The notes beneath the pieces are model-generated. The model was not told the DNA's origin and did not search any database. It saw nothing but the letters and a program-made list of their open reading frames with translations. A DNA stretch of 64,000 nt from Neodothiora populina (lineage: Eukaryota), in the NCBI RefSeq assembly GCF_041146345.1, contig NW_027191417.1, forward strand, positions 434,001 through 498,000, written 5' to 3'. Below, piece by piece: positions 24,219-35,939 of this stretch; position 1 is the first letter of the stretch; every line of letters begins with the position of its first letter. The position numbers and the translations under genes are program-made.

Positions 24219-24768
24219 CTAGTCCATGTGGACGGAATGATACACATATATGGCTTGAACACGAGATGAACTATGTGCCAAGTAACGCTTTTAATCAGCC
24301 TGCAAGGAAAGCAGGAAGTCAAGGCTATAACTTACCTACACGTCACCTTATGTACCATTGGATAGTACGTGCCACTTGTATACAAACTGCGGAGAAAGGA
24401 GCAGGTACCTCTGATGGTACCATTCCTGTGAACCTCATGATTTTGCACTCTCTGTGCGATATTATCAGCTGATTGAGGATTGGACACGGCCATGTCACGC
24501 AGTGCTCCAAGACTAGCAGACCCGTCTCTAAGTGCCGCAACTTCTTGTTTGAACATGTCCTGAACGAGAGACAGCAGAGAAGCAATATACAAGAAGCTCT
24601 CGGGCGGCGCAGAGTACAGTAGGTCTCCACGCGCTACAGAAGTCTATGAGACGTGTATACTTACCTTATCCACTGCACTTGTGTCTGAATAAGCAGAAAG
24701 TATTAGTCCTCACATATTCCAGCCCAATGGAACCCAATACCATCCTCGCGCAACACTTTCCGCGGCAT
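24219..24768 (-). CDS. Putative small orphan gene (107 aa, 4 exons)
   Basis: Exons 24768-24741, 24684-24665, 24559-24336 and 24270-24219 join in frame through GT-AG introns (two GTAAGT donors). No recognisable domain. Confidence 0.4.
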
Positions 24769-27700
24769 GCTAAAAGTATCGACTATTTCTGTACGCTGCA
24801 ATGCAAATGCAATGTGGCTCTACTGCACTGTGATTCCGAAGACCGACGTTCGGCCTTGCATCTTGACAAGTGACGATGCATCTGTGCGGCGCCATGTGCA
24901 TGCAACAAATCACCGGAAAGGAAAAGGCAATGGACGGAGGTGGTCAGCGTCATAAGATGACTCGTGGGATATTTCTTTTTTCTTCCCCTTGCTGGTCCAT
25001 GTCCTTGTCAGTCGCCTCCCCTTTGCGCACGCACACATGACACGCAAGTACCTCCGTACAAGTACACTTGTTCGCAGTAGCAGACGCTGCAGCAGCTCCA
25101 CTATATCAATCCGGAATGTGCATGAGTGCATATGTGCATGCATGAGCATGTGGTCTCCACATGGCTGCCACGGGTTTCCCTTGTTCGTGTCATGGCACAA
25201 ACCGTGGATCGACCATGAGTGTGCGTAGCTTCTGTTTGTTCCTTTTTCTTCTTCGTTCCTATTTGGTATGCAAGCGCTCCACCGTACCAGTGTTTTGACA
25301 GGATGAATGCGTACCCATGGTACGCATGCATGTGTGCGTACTACGTGTACTGTACGTGCGGCTTGAGTTTGCTTTTGCTTCCAGGCTCATGCTGGTGATC
25401 ACTATTGACGCCATCAAGACCATTTTACGCTGTCCTTCTCTGTTCTCCTTGCGTTCCAGAGTAAGACATGACAGGCAATCACTGTTTGCTATCTCCCTCC
25501 TTTTCCGCCCCTGGTTCTGATCGCACAGCTCCACTCGACACTTCCTGTACATATCACGTCTTCAAGCTCAAGTCTTCAAGAGGAAGGTAGACTCGTCTAT
25601 ATTATTAGGTACTACTGCAGCTGCAATAACAGTTATAGCAACTTCAGTGGTACTACGGTACCGTATAACACTAGCAGTAGTAACCTACTGTAGTCCCAGC
25701 CAGCCAGCTCGGCCGATTTAAGTCCTGTCCATGCACGCGCAGCGCACGCCGCAAGACCCCCATAAGTAACGCAACGCAACGCAAAGAGTGCCGGGACCCG
25801 TGCCTGTCCTCCCCCGAGTCCATCTGCCAGACCGAGCGGGCGGGGCCACTAGAGGTAAGGTTGGTGGGTTTTTTTTGGAAAGTGGGTGAGGACTGTAAAG
25901 CCATTTATGCTTTTTCGACCATCTTCGCTGCTGTGCGATGTGTTGTTAGGGAAAAGAATGGAATGTCGTCCACTACTATTTCTCGTACCTATGTACCATT
26001 CTATTCCTCGAAACTAAGCTACCTTACCTACCTTGGCTGAGGTTTCTCCTCTTCTCACTTGTCGAGTCTTTTTGCTTTTTGTCTCGGGATCATCCTATGG
26101 TCGGAAGTTAGCGGACATGCAAGGGACTTGCCACTTGTCTTGGTCTCTGATGTTGGTCCGTCCGTTGAGAGTACCAAACGTGTTTGTTCCTTTTAATCTT
26201 TTGGGTTTCGAAACGTCTTACTCTCTTTTTTCTAGCTTGAAGTGGGGTCCACGTTTTGTTTCTGGATCTTATTCCGAGGTGGGGCTTCTGTTTTTTCGAG
26301 AGCGTTTTTGTTTTTGGGTTTTGAATTTTAAGAATGCTTGGTAGATGAAGTAGGGGAGTGGAGAAGGGGCGTTCGAGCAGTTGGTCGTGGTAGGTACAGT
26401 AGTAGGTGCTGTACGGACCACAGTGTGAGATGACTATACTGCTGTGAGCCAATACTTGATGTCTGCTTTGATATGCTGCTACATGGAATGCCCAATCGGT
26501 ATATCTCCTAGTATAATGTCACCGCGTTACTAGTGAGGGTATAGGATCAGAATTCAGTATCGCAACTTAGCAATCTCATAGTTGTGTACAGAGGCGTTTA
26601 TCAACACAATATAGTAGTCTACATTCAAAGAGGCATCCACCAGGACTCCCGGCATAAGCCACAAGAGGAGAATCACCGAACAGATCTCTCCAAAGCCGCA
26701 CACTTCTTCTCATTCTTCTCTTCTTCTCACTTCGGATATGATTTCTCTCGTCGAAGGAAAAGTCAGATTAATTACACACTAGGAAGCGCGAGAAGAGAGA
26801 GTCAGCGCAGGTGCAATAACAGCCCACTGAAGAAGAAGAAGGAGAAGGACGATCACGAACAAGATAGTCTCGGTGATAATCCCGCAGTAATAGCAGGGCA
26901 GGTGTAGCAGTAAGGGTGATAGCAATACTTAGTAGCAACACCAACTGAATCCTTCCAACATCATGCATCCTCCGTCAGGTTCTATATTAATACTACAACG
27001 AACCCACCAACATCAACGATCAGGAAATCAACTTCCAACACGGAGCGCGCGCGCGAGAGAGGGAGAGAGAGCTAACACCAATCTAAGCCTATGTATACAA
27101 ACACGTACATATATCGCCATGTCCGAAACCAGCCCACAAACCCCCATCGCAACCACCATCTCTTTCTCTACCCCTGATTTCTCGGTCTTTGATTCCTCAC
27201 TTCTCGTCTCCGTTCTCGTCATCGCTCAATATCAACCCATGCGTTGAGAAGATTTAACGTTTCAATGGTCTCATTAGCCCGAAACAGTCCAGCGGGTGTT
27301 TATTACAGTACTTTTACATGGGTAGGAGAATTATAGAGACCGAGAGGGGGAGGCGCAGGGCAAGGGCAAGAGGGATAGCGAGAACGAGAGAGAAAGCACG
27401 TGTTTGGGACCTGAAGTTAGACGCCTCCGGTCTGTTTTCCAGTAAGTGAGTTGATCCCTGTTGACTGGATCGAGTCGAAGGGGGAGGGGGGGGGGCAACA
27501 CTAGACGCCCGAATCAGAGAGGCTTATGTGTATGTATATGTGCGTGTATGTGCACTGCACTGCATGAAACAGCTGTCGCGCGCAACGTGTAAGCTCTGTG
27601 TGGCTGTCCGGCTGGTTGCTGCTTCCGTTCTCTTTGCTTGTCCAATATGTTGAGCAAAATAAAAAAGTGTGGAGCGGGAAAATGCATTTATCCATTCCGA

Positions 27701-28432
27701 GCGACTAAGCAGACGATCACTTTTGTTGTTGCTGCAATGTAAATCGTGCCTCCTTCTTGGCCCTAATACCCAGATACAACACGCCGGCTAAGACGGGCTC
27801 CGTTGTTCCACTGGCACGGACAAGAGAAGCAGGGAAAAGAAAGAATTGCGATGCATGGTAATATAATCTTGCTATACTCTACATGAAAATGATATCAATA
27901 GAAGAAGGGAGGAGGGGTAAAGCGGAAGCGGAACAGAAAAGGGAAAAAAAAAGCTGGGGTAGGCGGAATATATTCGAAACCATGCCGAGGGCATCGAAAG
28001 TACTCCGCCGCCATCCCAATCCGAAAAAGACCTAGAGACGGGTCCGTCTAATCTCCATGATTCCGTACTTTGTCGTACCAACATGTCGGTGCCGGTACGA
28101 GGAAGCTATGTTCCTAACCACGTCCACAAACTCGTGGTATGATGCGGGAAAAAGGTAGGTAAGAAGCGAAAAAGCGGGCGGCCTTGTTGCGCTCCGCTAA
28201 TTGTAGTTAAGAGGACCGAGCTGCTAGCCGGAGCAGCTGGATGAGAACGGAAGCTGGTAAATGGCAGAAAACTCTCCATCAAGTTGACCATGTCTTTCCC
28301 GGGGGCGTATCGAAAAATGGAGAAACAAATTGCGCACGGCATCGTAATATCCACAAAGGTGCGGCTATGCTGTCCAAGTCGCCCCGGTCGATGCCAATGT
28401 TCTTGGAAGTTGCGGAAATTCGTAGATGGGTA

Positions 28433-30932
28433 TCATGTCCAGGTTTGCATCTCCGGGCTACTATCAAAGCCTTCGAAAGGGCCGTCACCAATGACCGATG
28501 ATGAGCTTGCAAGAAACTCAAACTGGTCACTGTCGGTCCCCGTTGTGCTGCTGCTCTTGCCTTCTCTCGTCTCGGCATCTTCGATGTTGAGGGCGCTGAA
28601 CAGGCCCTTCATGGATTTCAGACTCGTAGCAACATCGTCTAGTGGGTCCAGAGCACGATATTCGAGAAACTCGCGAATAGACTTGAGGATATGAGGATAT
28701 GTTGTTTCGTCCTCGAGCCACCATTGCATTACATCGACACCCCACATGTCGGTCAAGCGTTGACGTAAAGCGTTTGGATATAGATAGCTGTAAAACAGTA
28801 GATTAGCAAGCCGGAATGAAGTGATAAAAGCACAAGGCTTCAGCAACTTACCCGCAAGTTTCAATAGTGGCATACTTGCGCCTACACCACATTGTTGTCT
28901 TGTCGTCCTTAGGCAAACAAGCTGCAGACATACCCAAACTGGCCTGAGCTCCTAGAATCATAGCGGTTGAATCTCGCTCGCAGTATTGCAAAGCCTCAAA
29001 CATCTTACAAATCTTGAAGGCTAGTGCGACAACCTCTTCACCGTCCACGAGTGGGCTGAACTGCGCAATTTGCGACTTAAACAGTAAATATATTGCCCAG
29101 AAGTCGATCAGGATAAAGTTCCAGGTGAAGAGCTCATCCGCCCATAGGAATTTAGGATCTGTGCTGTCGACAATGTTGTCCTCGTTTGACTCCGGTGCGT
29201 TGGGGAACTGGCTGACGAATTTGCGGGTATCCATGAACGCGTTCTCTAGACCCGTTTTCATGGTCTCGAGTGTTGACATGATAGTCATCATGTCCTGGCC
29301 AAACTCTTCGTCACTCGTGATACCCTTCTGTTTCTTCGCGAATAGAAAGGCAATGTCAGCAGCAATCAACCTGGATTTGGCAAACTTTTCCTCAAATAAA
29401 GAACCCAAATCCTTGGGCTTGTCTCTGGCTTGACGGGTATAGAAGTCTGCACACGCTACGTGCCATTCGCGGTCCAAAACTGTCTCATATCCTGACATGA
29501 AACCGGCAAAGAGGTCGAATCGGATATACCAGGCAATGATCTTACGATGCGTCTCACTCCGCATGATGGTCTCCGGTGTGAATATCTCCGTGATGATTTG
29601 GTATGCTGCTCTTTGATGGATCAACAGATTCACCCAGTCGCCCAGGGTTTCCTAGATGGGGGAATCAGCATTCATCGTGTACAAGGTAGTGAACAGGTGT
29701 ACTTACCTCGAACGTCGCGAGCTCTAAGATTGTGAGCACAGTCGCAAGAGAATGTTTTGGGGTCCGGGCAAGTGATTCTCGTAATAAAGACACGGATTTG
29801 TTGTAATAACCTAGAAAGTCCTCGAGGTGTCCATCCGGTTTGTTCAAGGTGTGGTGGTATGCTGAAAAGGCAGTGATGGCGTATAGAAGTGGTTCGTACG
29901 ACAAGGCGATCTCCAGGAATGTCGTTCTCAAGAAGTCGCCAGGATCGGTCTTCATGGAATAGTGATGGTATGTCACATGCTCACGATGATAGTTGATGTA
30001 GAATCTGACTTGACTAGGTAATTGAGAGAACTTGCTGCTCTGCGGATTCCCATGCTTTAGTTTCTGCCGCGACTGCTGTCGTGCAAGACCTGGCCTTGAA
30101 GTGGGCCTCCGTGATTCATTGGGCGATTCGCGAGCCGGACTTCGGACTCGTGGACTTTGGTATGGTGACACTGATGAAGATGCATTCGAGAACTTCCGTG
30201 AAACTTTTGGTAATGTCGTTGAGCTGACCAGTGTTGTACTTGAAGCGGTCTCTGGACTGTCTTCGTCGTCCGGGATAGGGGGAAGTCTTTCATGGTCCAT
30301 CGAGTCGTGTTCTCCTTCTGAGGAAGGTGAGTGTAGCTCTGTCGAGCCTCTTCTCAGCGGCCCTCGCGAGGCCTTGGCTGAGGACGGCGCTGTCAATTCC
30401 GGATAGACACATTCTCGCTTGCCCTTTCGGCACCCTGTATGATCGTCAGTCAAGACGACCGAGAATGAATAGGTGAGCCTACTCACTTTCGCAAGTGGGA
30501 TGGCTCTCATCACACTGCAGCACATAATTAGATCAGACACCACTCGCCAACTACATAAACGAACGAACAAAATACCTTCACTCTTCGTTGTCGACAAGTG
30601 TAGCATCCGCTACGAGTCCTGCGATGCTTGACGTGATCCGGACCAGCTATTGATCGTCGTTTACCACGAGCGCCTGGCTGTGATGAGGAAGCTGAAGGCG
30701 GTACTGTTGCCGTTCCTGCTGCACCGCTATGGTCCTCCATATCAGAGTAATTGTTGAGGGTTTCGGATGACATTGTCTGCAATTGGTGCATCCTTGAGTT
30801 GTATCCGTCGGGAATGATTATTCCGTCCGATGTGGTCATCAGACCATCGGTTTGATATATGGATTGCCCGGTCGGATAGAAGCCGCCTGTGTGAGAAAGC
30901 GTGGGTACCCCTCCATAGTAGTGACTGTCCAT
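28433..30932 (-). CDS. Zn(II)2Cys6 transcription factor with fungal-specific TF domain, 4 introns
   Basis: The spliced cluster reads CYTCRQRRVK|CDESHPTCE|RCRKGKRECVYP. Downstream motifs EPLLYAITAFSAYH and WYIRFDLFAG. Confidence 0.92.
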
Positions 30933-33900
30933 TTTAGGTGATAGGATTCTGGTTTTTTGGCTCCGGTCTTTGATGGTATCAAACGAAGAAGTGGACAGCC
31001 ATGGAGTATACCTTATGCTTTCGTATGGGAGAGAGGAGTCAGGCCTATATGGAACAATTGCCCAATTAAGTCCGGAAGACCGACGTATGATCAGTCCAAG
31101 GTCTCCAGAGGGTTCATTTAGTTATTGCCTGGAAGCACCGACAGATCGTGATAATGGGGCGCCTCCTGAATAAGAACGTGCAGTGGATCCAATGAGAATC
31201 TCCCGTTATTGGATCCCCCCGGCGGCAAGAAGCAGGATAGCACAGCAAGCACTATTGTCGAGAAATATCGAAACTGGGCTAGACCTCTAGTGCTGTCGGT
31301 CCCAGAGAGCTATATCTTCTGGATAAGTGGTGACTATCTTGTGGTCAAAGTCTAGTTAGGGTGTGGATGCGGAAATCGAAAACGGATCGAAGGGCATATA
31401 TTAATTGCTGCGGGGGGGTTTTATGATGGGAACGTAAGTGATTGCACCGGTCTCAGTCCAGTATGGTCGACAGTTGGTCTCTGCTTCCGAATCCAAAGTT
31501 TAACAATGAGGTGGAACAAGATACATTGGCACAAATGCCGACGACAGAGTAACCCAGAGTGCTGTCTGTCCCTTCTTTTCTGTGATGATGTGCGTGCTCA
31601 CACACACTACTACACTACTCAACCCACCACACACGGATTCCCAAGACACACTTCCGCCGTAACAGCCCTGGCGCCCGGACTGGAGATTCGATCGGGGCAA
31701 AGAGTGAGATGATGTTTGGGCCGTTCCCGGATCTGGTTTGGGTGCTCGTGGATTGTGCAGGGATGAAGGGTGATCCTGTCTCTACCTAGTTGCGGGTGCC
31801 TAAAAAGCGCCCGCGATCTTCAGGATGAGCTTGCTAAGTGGTCTTTTCTCCCTGCTGGCTGGCCGTGGTCCTGCAGTGTGACCGCAGGCGGGGAGGGGCG
31901 CGCTCTAAGAAAGACAAATTGATGCAGAGGCTGGACTGTCTGATCTCCCACTACCGCGCCGTGCCCCTCGCAAGTGAGCTCCCCACCTGGAGGGGCACGA
32001 CCATCCTAGCGTACGGTTCATCCAGTAGAATGTGGTTTCAGAAAACAACGGGCGAACAGCATTGGCTCATCTGATGACGGCGTCGTCATAGCTTTACAAG
32101 TACGTTCACGGGCGCCTCGGTCGAAAACATCGATCAGTGCGGAAAGTGTTCTAAGGAAGCCACAATGGTTTAGGCTTTGGACAGGGAACGCCAGTGCTTT
32201 GGCACAACTTTTTTTGGGGATGACGAATCCGCAATGGACCGAAATGCCCATGGACATGGATTTATATTACATTGCTCTGCGGCTTACAATAGTGCTAAAT
32301 TGTTGCTCGGGCTCATCCCGACTCCAATTAGCTGATATTCACCCTGCTGCCACAAACGCCATGAGCGACTGCATAATGGTAATCATATCATCATCCTGGC
32401 TCATCTCCATATGTTCAAAGTACAGTGTACCACCCAGGAGGCATACGTCCGTAAGCCGCCAGACAGAGTTTGGGGAAAACTGCAGATGCGCCGTTCTCCA
32501 TGCTATTTCAATCCAATAAGCTTCGGACAATGTGAAACATATCTCATGTACTGTACTGCGAACAAGCCGAAGAAATAGTCCATAATAACAAATGTGGACC
32601 TGCTTTTAAACCTCTGCTGCGTCGAAGGTTCTGCGTGGGAAGCTACTGTCGTGAAAGTATATTGCCAGATGTCCCGAGGACTCCTGCGCGCGCACATAGT
32701 AGTCGTCGTCTGTAGTTTATCCGCGACCAAGAAGTTGCTACGAACCATAGATAAGGGTCCCAATGATGCTATGATGGTCGTCGATCAATACACAAGAAGG
32801 GAGTACCAAGGATTAATGGACTTTACTCGGGGCGGCCATTACAGCCTGACACTTTGACACTGTTGCAATTCGCGGTTTCTCTCTGATATGATCCGCTTCA
32901 TGACAAGGACACGAACCTCTCCCGCACATGGTCAGCCCCAGCATTCCAGCTTTGTCAACGCGCAGCACCGCCGCTGATCGTGGTCGGTTTACGGTATATT
33001 CATTAGCTATTTCTGGCAGGTCCGTGAGATGCAAGCTCCCGTGCACCAATGGGTCGCACCGTTGCACACGTGCTGTATTGTAGTACTGTGAGTGCAGAAG
33101 CCTGACAGACAGACCTCCCACCACTCAGCGATGACGATGGACGCTGTGGCCCGCATGGATTAGTCCACGAGGACCCTTCCTTACATGTTCTTTTCGAGGC
33201 AGGAAGTGTAAGTTAGGTCTCCCATGACAAGGTTTGCGGCAGCATTGGGATCAGCGGGGTTTTGACACATGGCAAAGTGAGAGTTTCACGGCAATATTAG
33301 ATCATTCCTCTTGACGCATGCGGAGGGGGAGGGATGAGGAAGGGGGGGTGAACTGATGGAGGATGGGGAGTGGGCTCAGCTCCGAAAGTAACAAAGGCTG
33401 CAGTAAGCACCGCCGAGTCAGGACTAAATTAAATTTGAATAATGTGATTCGTCCCAGTATGGGATATCTTGCGAAAGTGAGGTACTGAGATCATCGATCA
33501 CGACCCCTCCCAATTGCGAAATCATCGCGTCAGGGAAGGAGGATACAACAGTACACAGGTCATTTTTCGTCCTTCGTGTTGCTTCTGCGGCAAGTCACAC
33601 GCCCGCGCTGTCCACCCGGCGCTCTTGTTCGAGATTGGCAGTGGAATAAGGGAAAGGGTAACGCCACACCATGACTTTTCGGTGCCAGCAAGTGGAATAA
33701 CGTCCTCTTGTAGATCAGTCGTCGCGGAGTGAACGCAGCAAAGCGTTATTGAGTGGGCAGAAAAAGTGGTACCCACGTAGTAAGGCTCATAGTTCCGGCA
33801 TTAAATGTCATCGGCGGCCCTCACCTAAGGTACCTAAGGTGATCAACCTTCGTAATCCTGTAGGCACCGCACTACAGGAAACACGGTCGTTCATATGCGG

Positions 33901-35939
33901 CCGCTATGTTGATACAGCGCAGTGGATCTGCTCTAAAGTATGCTCATTAGCTGTGTTAGATAACCCGCCGCGCTAGTGCAGCAGCAGAGATCGGGACGGG
34001 AGCTAGGTGGTGCGGTGGGCCAGGAGGCTCCGACGACCCTCCGCAAGGGATCACTTGAGTCAAAGCTTCTTGTGATTCAGGAAGGTGCTAATGTCCTGAT
34101 AACGCGAATCGAGAATCACCGGAGGAGGGGAGAATACGCCGTCGGGAAATCGAGATGGATAGACGGAAACGGTGGAATATTCAGGTGATTAGGACCTAGA
34201 GCATGTAATCGACAAACCGTTTGGCCAGGACATGATTAGTCCTCCACCGGTGCTGCGCGACTGCACAAGAGTGACGTTATCCTCCAACCAGTAGAGCATT
34301 GCGAGCGTGTCGAGAATGGTGGCTAAGTCTTGGGGGGGAAATGTAGCATATATTTACTAAACATCACTAAGTCCTATGCAATTTCTCCGTACATATGCCC
34401 TTTTGGCTAAAACGTCAAGACATCATAGACTAAGGATTCGAGTCAGCGTAGCCATGCTAAGCTTTTTGAGACCAGAGCACTACGGAACAATGGTCACAGG
34501 GCATCAAGGCTGCAGAACCTTCGCAATCATGAGCAGGACGATCGTATGAGCAATTCAGCCGAAATAAGTCCAAAGACCGTGAAGCAATACCTCGAATTAC
34601 ATACCGTTGACCGAGCGTTTCGAGGAGGCTCAGAGGAGGGAGGCGTTAAGGTAACGTCCGTCGGAGCATTGATTGGTTTGCTCGAGTCCCAGGGAACGTG
34701 GTTTAGAAGGCTTGTCCAATGTCGAAGTACAGTACATGGGGCACATGGCTTCGTCGGCAAAGTTCTCCTCACGGTTTAAAGTCGACGTCGGCGATCACCT
34801 CCGTAGCACGTTTTTTGATGCACGCTGCTTCCCTTGGCTTGTCCTCTTGTTTGCCATCGTTGCACAATGCATACCTTGATTTAACCTTTCAACGACTGAT
34901 CCCTAGTGATGATATTCCCTGGTCCGCGAATACTCTGACATGTCCGAGAGGAAGACTGGCATGATGCTTCTTCTCCATAACATGTCACAGCTGCCACCGC
35001 TTTGGTGTTTGCGAGATTGCGTGTCCCGTGTCACGACTGCAATGCGGCGAACGCAGCTGTCCCTTCAACGTCCCTCCGATCTACGGTTTGTCTCAGATGC
35101 GAGCAATCTCCCGTAACTCCGTCGGATTTTCAACCATCTGCACGTAAGAGGATAGTCCAGCACTCCTACACGTCTTGGGTATCACTGCTACGTATCATTC
35201 ATCGCCTTCTATTGCCATTAGAGGGGTTGTCTCCCGACGGTGCACATTGTGGCCGAGCTCTTGTCTCTAGTCGTTCCTCACAAAGTGCGGTGTATTGTGC
35301 TAAAGGATAAAGGCATGCCGTCATGTTGGGGGTCTCACGGTACGGAGTTGTGCGAAATAACGTGCGTCAGTAGATGGATTCTTGAGATTATTATGAGCTA
35401 CCTATACGCAGCCAGTGCGTCAATGGTATGTGAGAAAAACACATGGCCCTGCTGTACCGTCGCCACCGCACGTCGGGCCTTCTTGCATCATCGACTATCG
35501 AGTCTTCTACAATAGGGTGGTCTGCTCGTGTGACAAGCCTTTGCGAGCCTTTCTCACATGATTGGAATAAGACCAGCGTGGTGATCCAAGCTTTGGCGTT
35601 GTTGCTCCCACGTCAAGCAAATCCGCCTCGGGAACCGATACCCCATTAACACAGTGATAAAGCGCAGTGAATGGAAAAAAGACAATTTGTGAAACGCTCC
35701 AAACGCCGCGGCGCAATGCGATTCTGACTCGAATGATGTTTTGTGTGCTTGTGCGAGAAGCAATAAGAAAAATGGAAAAAAAGAGGGTCATGAGAAGATT
35801 CGTGAACGGATCAGTCGTAAAAATGGATGGTCGATCGGGTGTCAGCGGCCCATGATGCATCGAAGCATAGTGTAGTGAACATGGTCGGGTTGTCAAGTGA
35901 CCGATGCGTATGATCTGCTTGGGAAGTGGTGTGACCAGA

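Noticed and set aside
24657..24680. ATACTTACCT...ATCCACTGCAC resembling the U1 snRNA 5' end and loop II
   Set aside because: Stem-loop I and the Sm site are absent; it is better explained as a minus-strand AG|GTAAGT donor.
31350..31366. GTTAGGGT as a telomerase RNA template or telomeric seed
   Set aside because: Single short match expected by chance; no array or other TER element recognised.
33976..34188. Peptide LLVIQEGANVLITR faintly like a Pif1/Helitron helicase motif
   Set aside because: No other helicase motifs or element ends nearby.
34397..34420. GCCCTTTTGGCTAA resembling U2 snRNA stem I
   Set aside because: The invariant branch-recognition sequence GTGTAGTA does not follow.
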